Source of the DNA: Eledone cirrhosa
Taxonomy: Eukaryota
Length of the DNA: 64,000 nucleotides
Direction of reading: 5' to 3'
Assembly: GCA_964016885.1 (NCBI GenBank)
Contig: OZ024747.1
Span: 55,056,001-55,120,000, forward strand
In this document: positions 57,320-64,000 of the stretch, piece by piece
How the letters are laid out: each line of letters starts with the position of its first letter
Numbering within the stretch: position 1 is the stretch's first letter
Notes under the pieces: generated by a model
Seen by the model: the letters and a program-made list of their open reading frames with translations, nothing else
The model's database searches: none
Told to the model about the DNA's origin: nothing
Position numbers and translations under genes: made by a program

Positions 57320-59934
57320 AACCATTCAATTTATGGATGCCTAGAAATGTAATAAAACTGTATATATAACACAATATTCTCGTTACAAAAAGGATAATAT
57401 ATACTAACATACTATTCATCATAGTTAGTGAAATACCTATAGTTACTGTATGTAAATATTATAATCATACATGTTATTCATCGATTTAGTCCTCCACAAT
57501 TTCATCGTTTTCCCTGCATATTTAGACATTGTTAATTACACCTCAACTTTGATTGCCACTGAAGTGTATTAAAATATGTGAGGTAAATTATTTTAATTTT
57601 AATTTATCTGATGAGCTATAATTCGTGGAATGGTCTCTTCGTTCTGGTTAGTCTATTAAACGTTTTGATAATAATAATTGTGTAAATGTATATATATATA
57701 TATCTGTGTGTGCGTGTGTGTGTGCGTGTATGTATGTATTCATATATATGCGTATATATATATATATGTATATATTTCATACATATATATATATACGTAT
57801 GTATGTATATATATATATGTGTGTGCCTGTGTGTATGTATGTGTCTGTGTGCGTGTGTGTGTATGTGCGTAGAACATATCTATTTTATTTGTCAGAGGAA
57901 AAAATGTATTTTTACAAGTGGATAATTTTACCTATTTTTCCGTTAAGCATTAAGTTACGAATTTATGTTCCGTTGTTCAGTCAGGTAAGTAGATTTATGT
58001 TTTGCTCAGGGACTGAATACAAAACCTGACAAAGTCTCTCCAAATTTGAATCTGCAGTTAATAATATGCCATAGTGATAACGATGTATGTATGTTTGTAG
58101 GCATGTATGTATATGTGTGTGTGTGTGCGTGTTTCTGTCTGTATGCGAAATTAACAAGCCCGATCACAAATTACAATAACATTAATAAAATACACCTCTG
58201 TAAATAATAGATGAAAATTATGAGGTAAAGTACCCCTTGAGTTGAAAACAAAATCGACAAAGGGGCCATCGATGAATCGAACCTCGTATCACATGGAATC
58301 ATTGCGACTGCATTAACCAGTAGGCAATTGAGCTAGTGCTTTTCAAAAGTGTTAGTCTTGTTGCTAGATGTGTAGAAAGCTGGTTGATTTAAGAGGCATT
58401 AGAAACCTTTAAAATTAGAAATATATGAAGCAACAAAAGGCGTGTAGATAACTAATTTTTTACTTTCAAACCTTCCCAATGATTTTCAGTCTTAGCTACA
58501 GGCTTACAATGTTCTAAAAATACTGAACCCGGGGCTAGTGCCTCTTCAGTATCTACACATGGATCTATATTCAACTGAGAGAATTCACACGAAATGACAA
58601 CTAACTCCTACAAAATATATCCAAATAGAATATTTTAACATGTTCATGACAAACTTCTCTCGTGTAAGAGCGAAACTAAAGAAGTATTGATAATTCAAGA
58701 AAGCATGATTTTACATTTCCACACCTCTTAAATATGAACAACAGACAACTCGCAGCCGCCACCATTTTTGCAAATGTTAGGGTCAACATCATTGACTATC
58801 TTACATGGTGATGGCATACCCTTACAATAGCTAACGTTGCGAACCAAACACTGTGCTATCTCTTCAGAACAGAATCCAATTCAACTCTCAAAAAAGCTAT
58901 GGTGAAATGCAAAATAGAAAAAAAGTTTAGGCATCAGGAATGGCGCTGTTACTAGAGACACAGACGATGACACCAAGAATGATACTCCTCGACGTATTAG
59001 CAAACAGTTACTTGGAGACACACTACAGTCCCCTGTTCTCTCCTCTTTCACTTCATATTCTACAGATATAACAAAGACGTCAGCTACTCAAAGTTGTATT
59101 GTCTCCGGTGTGCTACGTTTCGGCACTCTTGAACCACACGTCTCTATTCATCTCATCCCCTGTATTATATAGAACCCCCCCCCCCCCCTCTAGCTGAACT
59201 TCATACTCACACACGTGGACATTGCTCAAACCACTCAAGAACCGGGTGTTAAATATGACAACACATTAAGTCTTATAACAATACCACAAAGCAACACATT
59301 CGACGCCCATTGTGCATACTGAATATATATTCTGGGCTCAGAGATTCGGAATAAAATACACTGTTAATTTGTGGGGAAAAAAGATGGCATTTAGGAACAA
59401 TGTATAACGGCTTAGTGATTATGGTTTTGCCGCCCTCCAGATACTAGTGTCACGAGTTGGTTCTATATAAATTGATGAGTTGTGTCTTGGAGCAAGAATC
59501 TATTTTATGTTACTCTACTTTATTCATCTGTTAAAAATGAGTACCTTTAATTCAAATGTCAGTGTTCTCCTATATTGTGTAACATTGAAACCTCCTGGGA
59601 AATACGTTAAGAGTAAACATTTCAGTGGAATTTCACAAGCAAATTGTGTATTGTTTGAACAACTGGAACAATCCTCGTTTGCATTTGACAGAGATCCGAC
59701 ACAAACAGCTGCACATATCTACAGCCACCAACAGCTTCGTATAAACACTAAGCAATGCTCATAATCCTACATATCTCCTCATTTCCAGGACATAACATAT
59801 GAGCTAATAGACGGCCGGGAAATGCTAACCATTGTAGATTGAAAACTGTGCCGATGCAGAATAAGTCATCAATAAATACCCAATTGTCTTTTGACGTTAT
59901 CTATTGTAGAGTATTTATCTGGTTGAAAGATGTG

Positions 59935-60044
<110 letters not shown>

Positions 60045-60258
60045 ATATATATGTGTGTGTATTTATGTATAAATGTATACGTGTATATAAGTGTGTATGT
60101 ATAAGGTCCCTTGTGCACTGTTATATTATTTGTTCATACATAAAACCAAGGACGTCACGTCACAAACATGGAAAATATATTTGTGCATCTCTGTATGCAG
60201 CATGTATACGTGCATGTAGACATGCCAATATATACATATATCAATATATATATGTATG

Positions 60259-60377
<119 letters not shown>

Positions 60378-60541
60378 GTGTGTGTGAGTGAATATGTGTG
60401 TGTATGTGAGTCAGTATTTATCTGTATGCATATGTACTTAAACGTAAGTTGACTCCCAGCATTAGTTTTTCTTGATAGAATATCTCTAACGGAACGAGAG
60501 ACAATGATACACAGTCCAGATACAATCTAAGCTAAGGCATG

Positions 60542-60574
<33 letters not shown>

Positions 60575-60994
60575 ATGTGTGTGTGTGTGTGCATGTATGT
60601 GACTATGTGTTTGTGTGCGTGTCCGTGTTTTTGCATGTACGTTTAAGTGTATATATGCATGCATGTGTGGTTCTATATCTCTATGCGTGCAGGTAATCCA
60701 TGAGAGATTTTGTCTTTTCAATTGAAACCTTTAATTAAAAACACATAACATGCACGACCCTGTAGAAATACAGAAATAGATATACAGAAACAATATTCCC
60801 GTACTAGCATGTACATAAACACATAGATACTCAGAGCCAAGCATACACATTCAAATATATGTACATATATACAATTACAATCTATTTTAACGCTTTCTCT
60901 TTCTCTGTATATGTAAGTATATAAACACACATATATATATATATATATATGTCTGTGTGGGTATGTATGTATGTACAAACACACTTCCACATAT

Positions 60995-61039
<45 letters not shown>

Positions 61040-61991
61040 TTTCTGCTTTCTTACACATGCTATCATATCTAGCGTTACAAATACAGACACACGCACACAT
61101 ATACACACATAACACACTTCCACACATACATACATATAAGCATGCAAATAATCTCTGATAACAACATGAACATACAAGTGTATTACATACATATTCAATT
61201 ATTTTTTCGTTGAAAATGATTATTATTAATGAGAAATCTTTTATGAAAAGAAATTGACCAAAATGTCAAGAGAAATTCGATGAAAACTATAATAAATTCT
61301 GTGGACATTGAAAAGCGAGATATGGAGACAGAGCCGGAGATAAAGTTGGCGATATATGTATAAAAATATATAGAGACACAGAAGTAAAGAGAGAAAGAGT
61401 GATGAGTCGTGTGATGGTCTGTAACGCAGACTAAATAGAAATATCTCAACATGGTAAGAAATACTTTACTTCAATACTATGATGAGGTAAATTGCAGTTT
61501 AATCCAACAATTAGCCGACACAGATCAAAAGATTGATATCACTACTTGGTAGAAACTAGAAGCTCTTGCTGATGTGAAAATGTCTGTATGATAAAAACTT
61601 ACTGAGTCAGTCAGTGGGCTGTTGTGACAGCAAGCATATTTCTATTGCGCTGTTTTATCAGAAATTTGCTGGATACATATATACAAAAAAAGACAGAATT
61701 ATTACTAACGTCAACTAAATGACATGATTTATTGATAACTGGTCCTGAATTAGCAAATATCTGCAGTGTTCTGTTGGTGCCAAACCAAAGTTGTTTAAGC
61801 TTCATATTATAAAACTGTATATGCGTATGCTGTTTACATTTTTTAAACTAGGATACGAATAGACACCAGCTGATGGTAAGATGTAACGGTGATGATGTTG
61901 ATGCTGATATTATTAATTATGATGATGATCATGACGGCGATGATGATGAGGTGAATGATGGTAATAATAATCATGATGATCATCATGATAA

Positions 61992-62287
61992 TAATTATTT
62001 TTACTTTTGGCACGAGGCCTACAATAACCCCAGTGTATTACTGTTGCTTTTTATTTTATCGACCCCGTAATGATGAAAGGCAAAGTTAACCTCGGCGGGA
62101 TTTCAACTCAGAACGTAAAGAGCCATAGCTCCATGCTGCAAAGTGTGGTGTCTGACGCCCTACCGATACTGCCAATCCGCCGCCCATATAATAATTGTTT
62201 CTACATTTGGTACAAGGCCAGAAATAAACCAGTGTATTACTGGTACTTTATTTTATCTACCCTGTAAGGATGAAAGGCAAAGTTAAC
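61992..62287 (-). mobile_element. SINE plus an adjacent truncated SINE
   Basis: Consensus matches at 61992-62184 and 62190-62287. Confidence 0.85.
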
Positions 62288-62381
62288 ATATAATAATGAT
62301 GTTAATAGTGTTGGTGTTGAAACGTTTCTCAAAATGTTTTCTCATACACTCACCATTAGTAGTAGTAGTATTAGTAGTAGC

Positions 62382-62452
<71 letters not shown>

Positions 62453-63385
62453 ATGACTGTATTCCTTACCCTGTAATTTCTTTTTTATAAATATTATATA
62501 TAATGCGCCCTGTAAAAATAATTTTATTTTAAAGAATATACCTCACATTCATTCATTTTCTGTAAATATACACTAGGTCAGGAGTAGATGATATCATAGG
62601 ACGGGGCTCAGTTTTAATTGGGTATTTTACCCCTTAACCTAATAAACACTCACACACCTCCATCTTCTAATTCTCGTTTCAAGTTAAACTCCTCTTTTCT
62701 TCCTCATATGATGTTTATCTCATCAAACTCTTCTGTACTACTACATCCCAGAATACTTAACCTAGTTCAAATATTTCATATTGAAGTTTAAAAAGCGCAA
62801 ACATGAGCGTGTGATTAATAAATTCGTTTCGAAGTCTTGAATTTCCATGTTTGATTCCACTGTGAGGCACCGCCGTAAGATGTCTTCTCCCATAAGCTGA
62901 AGCTGAGCTTACACATGCCTACTGATAGAAAGAGTGAGGAAATTAGTTGGACAAACAATATATGTCCACGCGCCCTCAAAGGGTTTTAAACACTCCCACC
63001 TGGTTACTGTGGGCATTTAGCAGAGTCAATTTTATGAAATGCATTTTAAAAAATGTCTTTCCATATATCTCTTTGACTAAGTAAAACATAAAGACAGTCA
63101 GGTATCCTTAATACTTGTATGGCGACGGATTGCAAAACCCGTCGGAGGGTTTATTAACATCTTGAGTGTTTTTTCCGGCTCCTTGCACCTTGAGTTCAAA
63201 TCTCATTGAGAACATATCTGCCTTTCAATGATTTGATTGTTGATTAAAAAAATATTAGTTAAGCGGGCGGTGGACTGGTGGAATTTTAAAAGCGGTAGAA
63301 TTATTTGCGGTTTCTAATCCGGCACTCTCTGCTCTAAATAAAAGTCCGGTCAGCTATTGCCAACAATTTCATCCCGCAGATAATA

Positions 63386-63574
63386 ACTGTTTCTACGTTA
63401 GGCACAAGACCAGCAATTACCCAGTGCATTACTGGTACTTTATGTTATCGACCCCGTAAGGATGAAAGGCAAAGTTAACCTTGGCGGGATTTGAACTCAG
63501 AATGGCAAGGGCCGTAACTCCATACGTCAAAGCATGGCGTCCGACCCTCTACCAATACTGCCAATCCACCGCCC
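63386..63574 (-). mobile_element. Full-length SINE (3' part of a 5S-SINE chimera)
   Basis: Minus strand gggcggtggattggcagtattggtagagggtcggacgcc...gtagaaacagt. Confidence 0.92.
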
Positions 63575-63595
63575 TCATTTTTTTAAATTTTTTTT

Positions 63596-63691
63596 CAGCG
63601 CTCACCCATCTAACTACTAACTAGGCTCGACGTTGCTTAACTTCGGTGATGGGACGAGAACCGGTGTTTTCAGCGTGATATGGCCGTAAAC
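63596..63691 (-). pseudogene. 3'-truncated 5S rRNA retrocopy (about nt 1-96)
   Basis: Minus strand gtttacggccatatcacgctgaaaacaccggttctcgtcccatcaccgaagttaagcaacgtcgagcctagttagtagttagatgggtgagcgc matches metazoan 5S rRNA from nt 1, including the A-box (agttaagc) and C-box regions. About 25 nt are missing at the 3' end. Confidence 0.9.
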
Positions 63692-64000
63692 ATCCCGCAG
63701 ATAATATACAGCATTGAAGATATGATTTCCATGGTCCACTTTGATGAAAGTCTCCCATCCCTTTTCGCGAAATATCAATTTAAATTTTCTACAATACAAC
63801 TCAATACAGGGGTGGTATCACAATACACAATTCGTAATTAATTATGTAATCTAAGAGTTGCTGGAATAAGCCGCACTTCATTTACGTATCGATCAATGTT
63901 AGAAGGAGTTGCGGAAACATACCTTTAAGTAACTAGCAGCTTATTGCAAGATGAGGGTCGCATATCAAATGCAAAATGCAGAACGGCTGGACGAATGCAC

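Noticed and set aside
59108-59139. gtgtg-gttcaaga-gtgcc-GAAAcgTA-gcacac on the minus strand
   Set aside because: Two core substitutions and essentially no stem II, so at best a decayed remnant.
63596-63691. Functional 5S rRNA gene
   Set aside because: Lacks the 3' ~25 nt and a T-run terminator, has substitutions, and lies within a TSD.

Overview
AT-rich eukaryotic, apparently intronic/intergenic DNA. It is most likely from an octopod cephalopod (inferred from the dominant tRNA-derived SINE family and the very high density of AT/CA/AAC/GGT microsatellites). No host protein-coding gene can be called with confidence, and most ORFs in the track are translated microsatellites. Supportable content: more than 15 SINE copies, several with long target-site duplications; RTE, CRE-like and possibly CR1/L2 LINE fragments; a non-autonomous Helitron-like element; a truncated 5S rRNA copy fused to a SINE inside one TSD; and a 957-bp (TA)n-flanked unit with an intact 257-aa ORF in partial tandem. 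The most notable feature is at 28190-31285: a nearly perfectly homogeneous array of a non-coding 310-bp monomer. Each complete copy carries a type I hammerhead ribozyme (9 in total), and the array flips orientation mid-way so the two arms point outward into (AT)n. This fits a non-LTR retrozyme (circular RNA) inserted by rolling-circle reverse transcription with twin priming. Other small (AT)n-embedded hammerhead-like elements occur at about 2.8, 3.4, 55.5-55.9 and 56.4 kb, including a recurrent CAGAAGA core variant. All folds were read by eye and no database search was run.
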